A stretch of DNA of 64,000 nucleotides from Solirubrobacterales bacterium (GCA_035712345.1 DASTAY010000048.1:67179-131178), one strand, 5' to 3'; shown: positions 17,500 to 26,909, counted from the first letter of the stretch. Notes: generated by a model not told the origin, from the sequence alone. Numbers and translations are program-made.

Positions 17500-18591
17500 G
17501 GGCGGCGGCGCGATCCGCAGGTAGTGCTCGAAGGACCAGTCGACGAGGCGCTTCGAGCCCAGCAGCCGGATCATCGGGCCCAGCAGCCGCGGTGGGATCC
17601 GCGGCACCAGCTTCTGCACGCGCAGCATCCAGCGGAACTTCCACTCGTGCGAGTCGTGGTAGGCGGCGTAGCGGGCGGCGGCGCGCTCGCGGTCCTGGCT
17701 CCCCTCGTAGACGCCGCGCAGCTCGCGTCCCAGGGCGAGGCCGAAGTAGATCGCGGTCCTGATCCCCTCCGCCGTCAGCGGCAGGCAATGGCCCGCCGAG
17801 TCGCCGGCGAAGAAGACGCCGCCCTCGGTCGCCCGGCGCAGCTTGTGCGGGATCCAGTTCCCCTGGTAGCGAACCCGGTCCCGTCCCAGGTCCTCGGCCA
17901 GCAGCTCGGTCGTCTCGCGCACGTGGAAGCGCGGGTCGAAGGAGCCGACGCCGATCCGCAGCTCGTCCCGGGCGGGGAACGACCAGCCGTAGCCGGCCGG
18001 CACATAGCGCCGGTCGATCCAGACCTCGAGGTCCTCGCTGCTGCCGCCGGGATGCACCTCGAGGCCGCGCGAGAGCGGCGCGTCGGGGGGCTGGAAGCCG
18101 TCCCCCGAGGCCAGCACCCGGCGCCAGCCGAGCGCGTCGACGACGAGCGGCGCCGAGAGCAAGCCGCGGTCGGTCTCGACCGCGATCGACCCCTCGCCGT
18201 TGGCCGGCGCGGCCCGCCCATTCACCTTCGCCGTCTCGAAGCGCGCGTCGCACTGCGCCCAGAGCAGTTGGCAGAGCTCGCGGTAGTCGAAGGTGGAGAA
18301 GGTCCAGGGAAGCCGGTAGCGCCTGCTGCCGTGGGGCGTGTGGATCAGCAGCGAGTCGAAGCGCTGGCGCTCGGCGCCGATTAGCCCGGTGCTCCTCAGC
18401 CACTCGGTCGGGATGCCGCAGGCCGAGGTCTGCCGCTCGCCGATCTCGTAGCGGTCGACGACGAGGACGTCGGCGCCGCTGCCGGCCAGCTCGCGGGCGA
18501 CCGAGAGGCCGGCGAAGCTGGCGCCGCAGATCAGCACGTCGTGCGCTCCTGAAAGGGGAACCCGTTCGTCGCCGCGTTTGGTCGCGCGCAC
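17404..18591 (-). CDS. FAD-dependent oxidoreductase, geranylgeranyl-reductase family (start uncertain: GTG 18591 or 18597)
   Basis: It has the dinucleotide-binding motif DVLICGASFAGLSVARELAGSGADVLVVD and later FFAGDSAGHCLPLTAEGI. The track ORF start at 18816 would run into the rpsA region. Confidence 0.7.
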   Translation of the reverse strand: MRATKRGDERVPLSGAHDVLICGASFAGLSVARELAGSGADVLVVDRYEIGERQTSACGIPTEWLRSTGLIGAERQRFDSLLIHTPHGSRRYRLPWTFSTFDYRELCQLLWAQCDARFETAKVNGRAAPANGEGSIAVETDRGLLSAPLVVDALGWRRVLASGDGFQPPDAPLSRGLEVHPGGSSEDLEVWIDRRYVPAGYGWSFPARDELRIGVGSFDPRFHVRETTELLAEDLGRDRVRYQGNWIPHKLRRATEGGVFFAGDSAGHCLPLTAEGIRTAIYFGLALGRELRGVYEGSQDRERAAARYAAYHDSHEWKFRWMLRVQKLVPRIPPRLLGPMIRLLGSKRLVDWSFEHYLRIAPPPSADDENGARHQQDDADHPLGAEWDLVEAEQA

Positions 18592-18715
18592 CGGCACGAC
18601 GTGCAGGGTATCTCCCGCCGCTCCCGGACGCGGGGCATCATTGGTGCCGCCTCCTCCGCTTCGCGTCCGGGGGCGGCTGAGGAAGCGGCGGCTGTTTCTG
18701 CCATTATTCGCCGCT

Positions 18716-20308
18716 GTGTCCGTGACCGATACGACCATCACCCCTGCTGCGAACGGTTCCCCCGTGGAGGGATCCGGCGGCCTGCTCGTCGAAGTCGACG
18801 GCAAAGTCGTTCCCAACTACGCGGCGACGATGGTCTCCTTCGACGAGGGCGACGTCGTCAAGGGCAAGGTCGTCCGCATCGACAAGGACGAGGTCCTCGT
18901 CGACATCGGCTACAAGTCCGAGGGCGTCATCCCCTCGACCGAGCTCTCGATCCGCAAGTCGGTCGACCCGGCCGACGAGGTCGGGCTGGGCGAGGAGGTC
19001 GACGCGCTGGTCCTCACCAAAGAGGACGCGGAGGGACGCCTCGTCCTCTCCAAGAAACGCGCCCGCTTCGAGAAGGCCTGGCGCCGCATCGAGGCCGCTG
19101 CCGAGTCCGGCGAACCGGTCGAAGGCAACGTGATCGAGGTCGTCAAGGGCGGTCTCATCCTCGACCTCGGGGTGCGCGGCTTCCTGCCCGCCTCGCTGGT
19201 CGACATCCGCCGCGTCCACAACCTCGACGAGTTCCTCGGCCAGACGCTCGAGTGCAAAGTGATCGAGCTCAACCGCAGCCGCAACAACGTCGTGCTCTCG
19301 CGTCGCGCCGTGCTCGAGGAAGAGCGCAAGGAGGTCCGCGAGCAGATCCTCGGCCGGCTCGAGCCGGGCCAGGTCGTCGAGGGCAAGATCTCCAACATCG
19401 TCGACTTCGGCGCCTTCGTCGACCTCGACGGGATCGACGGCCTGATCCACATCTCCGAGCTCTCCTGGAGCCACGTCAACCATCCTTCCGAGGTCGTCTC
19501 GATCGGCGACACGGTGCGGATCAAAGTGCTCGACATCGACCGCGACCGCCAGCGCATCTCGCTCGGCCTCAAGCAGACCCAGGAGGACCCGTGGCAGCGG
19601 GTGATCAGCACCCACCGCTCCGGCGACGTGCTCGAGGGCACGGTCACCAAGGTCGTCGCCTTCGGCGCCTTCGTCGAGATCCTGCCCGGGGTCGAGGGCC
19701 TGGTCCACATCTCCGAGCTCGCCGACCACCACGTCGAGAGCCCGAGCGAGGTCGTGGAGCCGAACTCGACGCTGAACGTGAAGATCCTCGAGATCGACGA
19801 GGAGCGGCGGCGGCTCTCGCTCAGCATCAAGCGGGTCGAGGGGCAGAACATGCCGATGGGGGATCTCGGCGAGCAGATCGCCTCGGCCGCGGAGGACACG
19901 CAGGACGAGACGTCTCAGCCCGCGGGTCCTGTCGAGGACACGCCTGAGGGGTCTCAGCCAGCGGGTCCTGTCGCCGCAGGGGACCCACCGCCTCCTGCGG
20001 TAGCTGAAGCTTCCTCGGAGGCGGTCCCCCCTGCGACGCCACCCGCTGGAGAGACCGTTGAGGCTGACGCTGAGGAGCCCGAAGCCGAGGTCGAGGAGCC
20101 TGTTGCCGAGGTTCCCGCTGCGGAAGCTGTCGAGGAGCCTGTTGCGGAGGCGCCTGCTGAGGAGTCCGGGGACCCCGGGGAGGCTCATGAGGGGGAAGCG
20201 GCTGAGGATCGGCCGGATGCGCCGGATTCGGTCGACGAGGCCGCGGGCGAGGAAGAGTCCCAGTCCGATTCCGAGCCCGAGCAGGACGGCGAGTCAGAGC
20301 AGGACTGA
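18716..20308 (+). CDS. rpsA: 30S ribosomal protein S1 with ~155-aa acidic Pro/Ala/Glu-rich C-terminal tail (start approximate)
   Basis: Four S1 repeats are present (GDVVKGKVVRIDKDEVLVDIGYKSEGVIP, GNVIEVVKGGLILDLG, GQVVEGKISNIVDFGAFVDL, GDVLEGTVTKVVAFGAFVEI). GTG at 18716 or 18722 leaves a normal-length N-terminus. Confidence 0.9.
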   Translation: MSVTDTTITPAANGSPVEGSGGLLVEVDGKVVPNYAATMVSFDEGDVVKGKVVRIDKDEVLVDIGYKSEGVIPSTELSIRKSVDPADEVGLGEEVDALVLTKEDAEGRLVLSKKRARFEKAWRRIEAAAESGEPVEGNVIEVVKGGLILDLGVRGFLPASLVDIRRVHNLDEFLGQTLECKVIELNRSRNNVVLSRRAVLEEERKEVREQILGRLEPGQVVEGKISNIVDFGAFVDLDGIDGLIHISELSWSHVNHPSEVVSIGDTVRIKVLDIDRDRQRISLGLKQTQEDPWQRVISTHRSGDVLEGTVTKVVAFGAFVEILPGVEGLVHISELADHHVESPSEVVEPNSTLNVKILEIDEERRRLSLSIKRVEGQNMPMGDLGEQIASAAEDTQDETSQPAGPVEDTPEGSQPAGPVAAGDPPPPAVAEASSEAVPPATPPAGETVEADAEEPEAEVEEPVAEVPAAEAVEEPVAEAPAEESGDPGEAHEGEAAEDRPDAPDSVDEAAGEEESQSDSEPEQDGESEQD

Positions 20309-20317
20309 GCGGGGGTC

Positions 20318-20902
20318 GTGAGCCGACCGCTCACCATTGGGCTCACCGGCGGGATCGCGGCTGGGAAGTCCGAGGCGCTTGCGGCGTTCGAGCGGCTTGG
20401 GGCGCAGACGATCTCCAGCGACGCGGTCGTGCATGAGCTGCTCGAGGGCGAGCCGCTGCTGCCGCGCCTGGTCGAGCGCTGGGGGGAGGAGGTGGCGCCC
20501 GGGGGCGAGGTGGACCGCAACCGGATCGGCTCGATCGTCTTCGCCGACGCGGAGGAGCTGAAGTGGCTCGAGGGCCAGATCCACCCGCTCGTGGGGGAGC
20601 GGATCGGCGGCTGGATTGCGTCTGTTCCCGACGGCGCAGAGGTGGCCGTGGTCGAGGTTCCGCTGCTGTTCGAGTCGGGCATGGAGGGGGTCTTCGACAC
20701 GACCGTCGCGGTCGTCGTCTCCGACGGGGTGCGCCGCGAGCGGGCCGCCAGTCGCGGGCACGCGCTCGTCGAGGAGCGCGAGGCGCGCCAGCTGAGCCAG
20801 GCGGAGAAGGCCAGCCGGGCCGAGCACGTGGTCGAGAACGACGGCAGCGTCGAGGATCTCGAGCGGGAGCTGTCCGCCCTCATCGAGAAGCTCCGTGGAT
20901 GA
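20318..20902 (+). CDS. coaE: dephospho-CoA kinase
   Basis: It has the P-loop IGLTGGIAAGKSEA, is 194 aa long and shows the conserved rpsA-coaE linkage. Confidence 0.85.
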   Translation: MSRPLTIGLTGGIAAGKSEALAAFERLGAQTISSDAVVHELLEGEPLLPRLVERWGEEVAPGGEVDRNRIGSIVFADAEELKWLEGQIHPLVGERIGGWIASVPDGAEVAVVEVPLLFESGMEGVFDTTVAVVVSDGVRRERAASRGHALVEEREARQLSQAEKASRAEHVVENDGSVEDLERELSALIEKLRG

Positions 20903-21483
20903 GACGGAAGGCGAGGTGGCGGCGACGCCTGCTCGTCGGTGGGGCGGCTGTCGCCGGGGCGGTCCTCGTGGCGCTGGCGCTGGGCCTGCCGGCCAAGTTC
21001 GAGGACGCGATCCAGGAGCTGACGCTGCCGCTGCGCCACGAGGACATCATCCGTCAGCAGTCGCGGGAAAAGCACGTCGACGCCGCGCTGATCGCGGCGG
21101 TCATCTACTCCGAGTCGAAGTTCGAAGACCGGACCTCGGACGCCGGCGCGCGGGGGCTGATGCAGATCACGCCCGAGGCGGCGAGCGAAATCGAGCGCCT
21201 CTCCGGCGGCACGACCTTTCAGCTCGGCGACCTCTCGGACCCTGAAATAAACATCCGCTATGGCACCTTTCTCCTGCATGAACTGCTCGACCGCTACGAA
21301 GGCGACGTGGTCGCGGCCCTGGCCGCCTACAACGCCGGCCCGGCGAACGCCGACCGCTGGGGCGGGAGCGGCCTGACCGTGGCGAGCATCCCCTTCCCCG
21401 AAACGCGCGCCTACGTCGAAGGCGTCCTCGACAAGCAGCGCGCCTATCGCGAGAAGTACCCGACGGAGCTCGGTTACCGGTGA
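20899..21483 (+). CDS. membrane-anchored lytic transglycosylase (SLT domain)
   Basis: The ATG overlaps the coaE stop (ATGA). The product has an N-terminal anchor, IAAVIYSESKF with the catalytic Glu-Ser, GLMQITPEAA and AYNAGPAN. Confidence 0.8.
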   Translation: MRRKARWRRRLLVGGAAVAGAVLVALALGLPAKFEDAIQELTLPLRHEDIIRQQSREKHVDAALIAAVIYSESKFEDRTSDAGARGLMQITPEAASEIERLSGGTTFQLGDLSDPEINIRYGTFLLHELLDRYEGDVVAALAAYNAGPANADRWGGSGLTVASIPFPETRAYVEGVLDKQRAYREKYPTELGYR

Positions 21484-22850
21484 GCGCCGCGCCACGGCCC
21501 AGGAGGACGGCGCTCGCCGTCGCCGTCGGCCTCATCCTGGCCGACTCCTCGATCGTCGTCCTGGCTCTGCCGCAGATCTACCGCGACCTCGACACGAGCG
21601 TCGCCGGCGTCACCTGGGTGCTGGTCTCGTTCAACCTGGTGATGGCCCTCGCCGCGGTTCCGGCGGCTCACCTGGCACGCCGGATGGGGCCCGGGCGCGC
21701 CGCTGCGATCGGCCTCGCCGTCTTCGCCGGCGCGGGGATCGCCTGCGGCCTCTCCGAGCATCTCAGCACCCTGGTCGCGGCCCGCTGCGTGCAGGCGCTG
21801 GGCGGCGCCCTGGCGGTCACCGCGGTGCTGGAGCTCCTGCCCGCAACGGTCGGCAGCGAGCGTCGCGCGGTCGCCGTCTGGGCCACGGCAGGGGCGACCG
21901 GCGCCGCTCTCGGCCCGGCCGTCGGCGGCCTGCTGACCGAGCTCGTCTCCTGGCAGTCGATCTTCCTGCTCCAGGCGCCGGTCGCGATCGCCGCCGGGAT
22001 CCCGGTGCTCGCCGTCGCCCGCCACGAGGCCTCGACCGCGATCGTCTCCGCCGAGCTGCGCCGCACCGGTCGGCCGCACCTGCTCGCCAACCTCGCCCTG
22101 GCGATGGTCTCGGCGGCGATCGCCGCGGCGCTCTTCCTGCTCGTCCTGCTGCTGATCGAAGGCTGGCGGCTGAGCCCGATCGGGGCCGCGATCGTCGTCT
22201 CCGTGATGCCCCTGGCGGCGCTGCTCGGCGCTCGCATCGGTCCCGCCCTCGGCAGCGAGAGGGCGCGCGCGGCCGCCGGCTCGATCCTGATCGCGGGGGG
22301 GCTCGGCGGGTTGGCCCTGCTGCCCAAGGCAACCGTGGCGCTGACCCTGCCGCCGCAGGTGCTCGTCGGCGTCGGCCTCGCCCTCGTCCTCTCGGCGCTT
22401 ACCGAGACGGCGCTGATGGGCAGGGCTCCGCAGGCGATCCACGGTGGTTGGACGATCTCCGCCCGCCACGCCGGGGTGGCGATCGGCCTGATCGTGTTGA
22501 CGCCGGTCTTCACCCATGACATCGCCCAGCAGCGCCACGACGCAATCGACGCCGGCACCGCGGTGGTGCTGGATGCGAGGGTGAACCCGCTGCTGAAGCT
22601 GGAACTCGCGCAGAAGATCGCCGACCGGCTCGAAGGCGAGCGGGGGAAGGTGCCGACGATCGGGCCGGCCTTCGAACCGCTGCCGAGCGATCCCGGCGAC
22701 CGGGCCGACGTGATCGGCCTGCGCGAAGAACTGCAGGACCAGCTCGACCGCGCGGCGACCCACGCCTTCAGCCCGTCCTTCGGCCTCGGCGCTCTGCTCG
22801 GCCTGCTGGCCCTCGTCCCGATCGGGCTGTCGCGGAGGGTCGACCTGTGA
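21480..22850 (+). CDS. MFS transporter
   Basis: This 456-aa polytopic hydrophobic protein has MFS-like loop motifs. Its start is coupled to the upstream stop (GTGA). Confidence 0.7.
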   Translation: MSAAPRPRRTALAVAVGLILADSSIVVLALPQIYRDLDTSVAGVTWVLVSFNLVMALAAVPAAHLARRMGPGRAAAIGLAVFAGAGIACGLSEHLSTLVAARCVQALGGALAVTAVLELLPATVGSERRAVAVWATAGATGAALGPAVGGLLTELVSWQSIFLLQAPVAIAAGIPVLAVARHEASTAIVSAELRRTGRPHLLANLALAMVSAAIAAALFLLVLLLIEGWRLSPIGAAIVVSVMPLAALLGARIGPALGSERARAAAGSILIAGGLGGLALLPKATVALTLPPQVLVGVGLALVLSALTETALMGRAPQAIHGGWTISARHAGVAIGLIVLTPVFTHDIAQQRHDAIDAGTAVVLDARVNPLLKLELAQKIADRLEGERGKVPTIGPAFEPLPSDPGDRADVIGLREELQDQLDRAATHAFSPSFGLGALLGLLALVPIGLSRRVDL

Positions 22851-23371
22851 GCGGGCGCGACAGGGGCGGCCTCCTGATCGCCGTCGCGACGATTGCATCG
22901 CTTGCGCTCGTCTTCGCCTACCTGGCGGCGGGGGGAGCCTCCTATGAGCCGGCCAAGGTGCAGGATCCCTGCAAGCCGCGGCCCTGGCGCAACCCCGAAG
23001 GCCTCGAGCAGATCGCCGAACAGTTCTCGCTCTCGGCGCTCGACGGCGCCGCCTGCAAGCTCGGCGTCAGCCGCGAGACCCTGGCGCGGGCCCTGGCGAC
23101 GCCGGCCGCGCGCGAACGCTTCATCCAGCGCTACGGCCTCGACGACGCGGAACTCGCGAGGGCGGTCCGCGCCGGCCTGCTGCGCGCCGTCGACGACGCC
23201 GAACGCGCCGGCGCCCTCAGCCCCCTCCTGGCCGCGCCGCTGCGCGTGACCCTGCGGAACATCCCGCTCGACCAGGCGATCGAACTGATCCAAAACGCCC
23301 GCTCCCTGCTCGACAACCTGCAGAACTTCCTAGGCCCCGCCGGCGGCCTCATAGAACAATTCTTACCCTGA
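22847..23371 (+). CDS. hypothetical membrane-anchored protein (174 aa)
   Basis: GTG overlaps the MFS stop. There is a single N-terminal helix (LLIAVATIASLALVFAYLAA) and GC3-rich codons. I recognise no family. Confidence 0.5.
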   Translation: MSGRDRGGLLIAVATIASLALVFAYLAAGGASYEPAKVQDPCKPRPWRNPEGLEQIAEQFSLSALDGAACKLGVSRETLARALATPAARERFIQRYGLDDAELARAVRAGLLRAVDDAERAGALSPLLAAPLRVTLRNIPLDQAIELIQNARSLLDNLQNFLGPAGGLIEQFLP

Positions 23372-23445
23372 TCCCTTCGGCTTTTCGGGCCAGCGGAACC
23401 TCTGGCGTCGAGGGGAGTGGATTGCCTGCACATAAAGCACGCTTG

Positions 23446-23559
23446 GGCGCAATCCCGGTAGGGGTGAAACGTCTTGTACTTTTTCGTCGACTGCGTCGGG
23501 CGTCAGCCGCAGCCCAAGCCTTCGAAAAAGTTAAGTGAAACCCCTGCCGGGATTGCGCC
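23446..23559 (+). repeat. 114-bp palindromic intergenic element, copy 1
   Basis: The outer stem is GGCGCAATCCCGGTAGGGG / CCCCTGCCGGGATTGCGCC (19 bp, one T:G). The conserved blocks are GAAACGTCTTGTACTTTTTCGTCGA and CGAAAAAGTTAAGTG. It lies between convergent genes. Confidence 0.9.
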
Positions 23560-23567
23560 GGAACGCC

Positions 23568-23816
23568 CTATTTTTTGAAGACGAACTTCTGTGACTTGAC
23601 GTTCCAGGAGATCCCGGTGCACAGTTCTTCGGGCGTCACGCCAAGGGCGCTCGAGAGCTTGATGATCGTGCCGAGCCGCGGCTCGCGACCGCCGCGCTCG
23701 AGGAGCGAGATCTCGGTGCGGTGCAGGTCGCAGCGGAAGCCCAGCTCCTCCTGGGAGACCTCGGCTTTGAGTCGCGCTTTGCGCAGGCTGGTGGCGAATC
23801 GGTCGCGTGGTTTCAT
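23568..23816 (-). CDS. XRE-family helix-turn-helix transcriptional regulator (82 aa)
   Basis: LRKARLKAEVSQEELGFRCDLHRTEISLLERGGREPRLGTIIKLSSALGV is a canonical HTH_3/XRE domain. The 3-prime end is noticeably AT-rich. Confidence 0.8.
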   Translation of the reverse strand: MKPRDRFATSLRKARLKAEVSQEELGFRCDLHRTEISLLERGGREPRLGTIIKLSSALGVTPEELCTGISWNVKSQKFVFKK

Positions 23817-23889
23817 CGGCGGAATTCTCTGTGTTTGACGACAGCGGTACTACAGACGGTCGTATACAACCGGAACTCTCGCGTTTATC

Positions 23890-24267
23890 CTACTTCGCGC
23901 AGGCGCGAGTCGCCCGCCAGACCCAGAGCATCGCCAGCGGCTGCAGCGGCAGCCGGGCCCAGAGGGCCCAGCGCGGCAGGCGCTTCAGGTCCAGGCCGCG
24001 GACCTGCTCCGGGTTGACCGCCATGTGCACGTTGGCGGGGAAGACGGCCACCAGCAGTGCCAGCAGCCACCAACGGGCGAAGGAGCGCGTGCGGACGGGC
24101 AGGACGGCCGCGCCGCCGGCGATCTCGGCGATGCCGCTGACGATCACGGCCTCGCGGTGGCGCGGCAGCGAGGGCGGCATCATCGCCTCGTAGGCGCGGG
24201 GGATGACGAAGTGCATCGCCCCGGCGAAGGCGAAGAAGGCCGCGAGCGCTTTCTGCGAGCGGTTCAT
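23890..24267 (-). CDS. DoxX-like small integral membrane protein (125 aa)
   Basis: ATG at 24267 gives [31 protein letters not shown], typical of the DoxX-like family. The longer track ORF is antisense to uvrB. Confidence 0.6.
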   Translation of the reverse strand: MNRSQKALAAFFAFAGAMHFVIPRAYEAMMPPSLPRHREAVIVSGIAEIAGGAAVLPVRTRSFARWWLLALLVAVFPANVHMAVNPEQVRGLDLKRLPRWALWARLPLQPLAMLWVWRATRACAK

Positions 24268-24280
24268 CGCGGGCAGGCTA

Positions 24281-24327
24281 GCGTGTGGCGACTTACCTCC
24301 CTTCAATGGGGGGGTAAGTCGCCACGC
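24281..24327. promoter_or_regulatory. strong stem-loop / inverted repeat in the divergent doxX-like/uvrB intergenic region
   Basis: GTGGCGACTTACC (24285-24297) is perfectly complementary to GGTAAGTCGCCAC (24313-24325). Flanking TCCC/GGGG pairs extend the stem. It ends 13 nt before the uvrB GTG. Confidence 0.5.
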
Positions 24328-24339
24328 TATGGTCATCCG

Positions 24340-26337
24340 GTGCCCGAGTTCGAGCTCAACCCCGCCTACACGCCGACCGCCGACCAGCCGAAGGCGATCG
24401 CCGGGTTGGCCGAGGGGTTGGAGCAGGGGGAGCGCTTCCAGACGCTGCTCGGGGCGACGGGGACCGGCAAGACCTTCACGATGGCGGCGACGATCGCGGC
24501 GGTGCAGCGGCCCAGCCTCGTCATCGCCCACAACAAGACCCTGGCGGCGCAGCTCTGCAACGAGTTCCGCGAGTTCTTCCCGGACAACGCAGTCGAGTAC
24601 TTCGTCTCCTATTACGACTACTACCAGCCCGAGGCCTACGTCCCGGCCCAGGACCTCTACATCGAGAAGGACTCCTCGATCAACGATGAGATCGACCGCC
24701 TGCGGCACGCCGCCACGGCCGCCCTCTTCGCCCGCCGCGACGTGATCATCGTCGCCTCGGTCTCCTGCATCTACGGGATCGGCTCTCCGCAGGTCTACAA
24801 CGAAAAAATGCAGCTGTTCAAGGTCGGCGAGTCGATCGACCGCGACGAGGTGCTGCGCAAGCTGGTCAAGATGCAGTACCAGCGCAATGACTCGGTCCTC
24901 GGCCGCGGCGCCTTCCGGGTGCGCGGCGAGGTGCTGGAGATCATGCCGTCATACGCCGAGTCGGCGTACCGGATCGCCCTCTTCGGCGAGGAGATCGAGT
25001 CGATCCAGCACTTCGACCCGCTCACCGGGGAGATCCTCGACACGATCGACCACGTCTCGGTCTGGCCGGCCTCCCACTACGTCACCAAGGACGAGACCCT
25101 GGAGCGCGCCGTGGAGGAAATCCGCCACGAACTGAACTCGCGCACCGCCGAGCTCGAGGAGGAAGGCAAGCAGCTGGAGGCCCACCGGCTGCGCCAGCGC
25201 ACCGCCTACGACATCGAGATGCTCAAGGAGCTCGGCTTCACCTCCGGGATAGAGAACTACTCCCGCATCCTCGACGGCCGCCCGCCCGGCAGCCCGCCGC
25301 ACACGCTGATCGACTACTTCCCGGACGACTTCGTCGTCTTCGTCGACGAGTCCCACCAGACGATCCCGCAGATCGGCGGCATGTACGAGGGCGATCGCTC
25401 GCGCAAGCAGACGCTGATCGACTACGGCTTCCGCCTGCCCTCGGCGATCGACAACCGGCCGCTCAAGTTCGACGAGTTCCTCGACCGCGTCGACCAGCTG
25501 GTCATGGTCTCGGCGACGCCGGGGCCGTTCGAGCGGGCCGAGTCCTCGCGCACGGTCGAGCAGATCGTGCGACCGACGGGGATCGTCGACCCGGCGATCG
25601 AGCTGCGCGAGACGAAGAACCAGATCGACGACCTGATGAACGAGATCAAAGCCAGCGCCGACGCCGGCGACCGCGTCCTCGTCACCACCCTGACCAAGAA
25701 GATGGCCGAGGACCTGACCAACTACCTGCTCGAGTACGGGATCAAGGTGCGCTACCTGCACTCGGAGATCGACACGCTGGAACGGATCCAGATCATCCGC
25801 GAGCTGCGCCTCGGCGAGTACGACGTGCTGGTCGGCGTCAACCTGCTGCGCGAGGGGCTCGACCTGCCCGAGGTCTCGCTGGTGGCGATCCTCGACGCCG
25901 ACAAGGAGGGCTTCCTGCGCGGCGAGACGAGCCTCGTGCAGACGATCGGCCGCGCCGCGCGCAACGTCAACGGGCGGGTGCTGATGTATGCGGACCGGGA
26001 GACCGACGCGATGCGCGCCGCGATGCGCGAGACCGATCGCCGCCGGGCGATCCAGCTCGCTTACAACGAGGAGCACGGGATCACGCCGGAGACCGTGCGC
26101 AAGGGCATCTCCGAGATGGCCGAGTTCCTGGCGATGGAGGACCGGGCGCCGAAACGCCGCCGGCGCAGGTCGGGCGGCGACTTCGCCAGTCCCGAGGAGC
26201 TCGAGCGCACGATCGTCACGCTCGAGGAGGAGATGCTCGCCGCCGCCGACGATCTCCGCTTCGAGGAGGCCGCCCGCATCCGCGACGAGCTAAAGGAGCT
26301 GCGCCGCGATTTGGACGGCATGACTGCGGGCGCCTGA
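24340..26337 (+). CDS. uvrB: excinuclease ABC subunit B
   Basis: GTG at 24340 gives [20 protein letters not shown]. The Walker A motif is [12 protein letters not shown]. The product also has a DESH box, helicase motifs and the C-terminal UVR motif ([17 protein letters not shown]). Confidence 0.95.
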   Translation: MPEFELNPAYTPTADQPKAIAGLAEGLEQGERFQTLLGATGTGKTFTMAATIAAVQRPSLVIAHNKTLAAQLCNEFREFFPDNAVEYFVSYYDYYQPEAYVPAQDLYIEKDSSINDEIDRLRHAATAALFARRDVIIVASVSCIYGIGSPQVYNEKMQLFKVGESIDRDEVLRKLVKMQYQRNDSVLGRGAFRVRGEVLEIMPSYAESAYRIALFGEEIESIQHFDPLTGEILDTIDHVSVWPASHYVTKDETLERAVEEIRHELNSRTAELEEEGKQLEAHRLRQRTAYDIEMLKELGFTSGIENYSRILDGRPPGSPPHTLIDYFPDDFVVFVDESHQTIPQIGGMYEGDRSRKQTLIDYGFRLPSAIDNRPLKFDEFLDRVDQLVMVSATPGPFERAESSRTVEQIVRPTGIVDPAIELRETKNQIDDLMNEIKASADAGDRVLVTTLTKKMAEDLTNYLLEYGIKVRYLHSEIDTLERIQIIRELRLGEYDVLVGVNLLREGLDLPEVSLVAILDADKEGFLRGETSLVQTIGRAARNVNGRVLMYADRETDAMRAAMRETDRRRAIQLAYNEEHGITPETVRKGISEMAEFLAMEDRAPKRRRRRSGGDFASPEELERTIVTLEEEMLAAADDLRFEEAARIRDELKELRRDLDGMTAGA

Positions 26338-26434
26338 CCGGCGCATCTCGGCGTCCTCGCTCGGTCATGTGCAGAGCACACTCCCTCGCTCGTCCTTGAC
26401 CTGCTTGGTCAGGACACCCGCAGTCAGACCGTCC

Positions 26435-26812
26435 TCACCCGAGTAACTTCGCTGCCTTGGCGCTGTCGGTGAAGAACTCTCCCCGCACGGTCTTGCCGTC
26501 GCGGAACTGGAGCAGGTGGACGAACGGGGCTTCGAAGCTCCCCTTGTCGTTGCCCGCCTTCTGCGTGCCACGCACCACGACCCACTCGCCGGCGTCGATG
26601 AACTCCTCCGGCTCGACGCTGAACGAGGTCCAGTAGTTGGGGATCTGGGCGAAGTTGCCCATGATCGCGTCGCGTCCCCTCACCTCGCCTCCGAGCGGCA
26701 GCTCGTCCGAGGTCACCCAGACCGCGTCCTCGGCGAAGTCGTCCTGCAGGGCGGCCAGGTCGCCCCGGCCGAAGGCCTCGTAGGCGGACCGGGCGTTGTC
26801 GACGTTCGACAT
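26435..26812 (-). CDS. SnoaL-like / NTF2-fold protein (125 aa)
   Basis: The family pattern is AYEAFGRGDLAALQDDFAEDAVW...FRDGKTVRGEFFTD. Confidence 0.65.
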   Translation of the reverse strand: MSNVDNARSAYEAFGRGDLAALQDDFAEDAVWVTSDELPLGGEVRGRDAIMGNFAQIPNYWTSFSVEPEEFIDAGEWVVVRGTQKAGNDKGSFEAPFVHLLQFRDGKTVRGEFFTDSAKAAKLLG

Positions 26813-26909
26813 CTCTTCCTCCTTGTTGGTCGAAAGCCCCGCCCACCGAGACCCTACGCTCGATGTTCCGGACGCGCATCCGGGAATCGCCGCAATCTAA
26901 GCTCCCGGC

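Noticed and set aside
24268-24339. I looked for a LexA/SOS box upstream of uvrB.
   Set aside because: The spacer has no GAAC-N4-GTTC or TCGAAC-N4-GTTCGA type motif. Only the unrelated GGCGACTTACC dyad is present, and it is reported separately.
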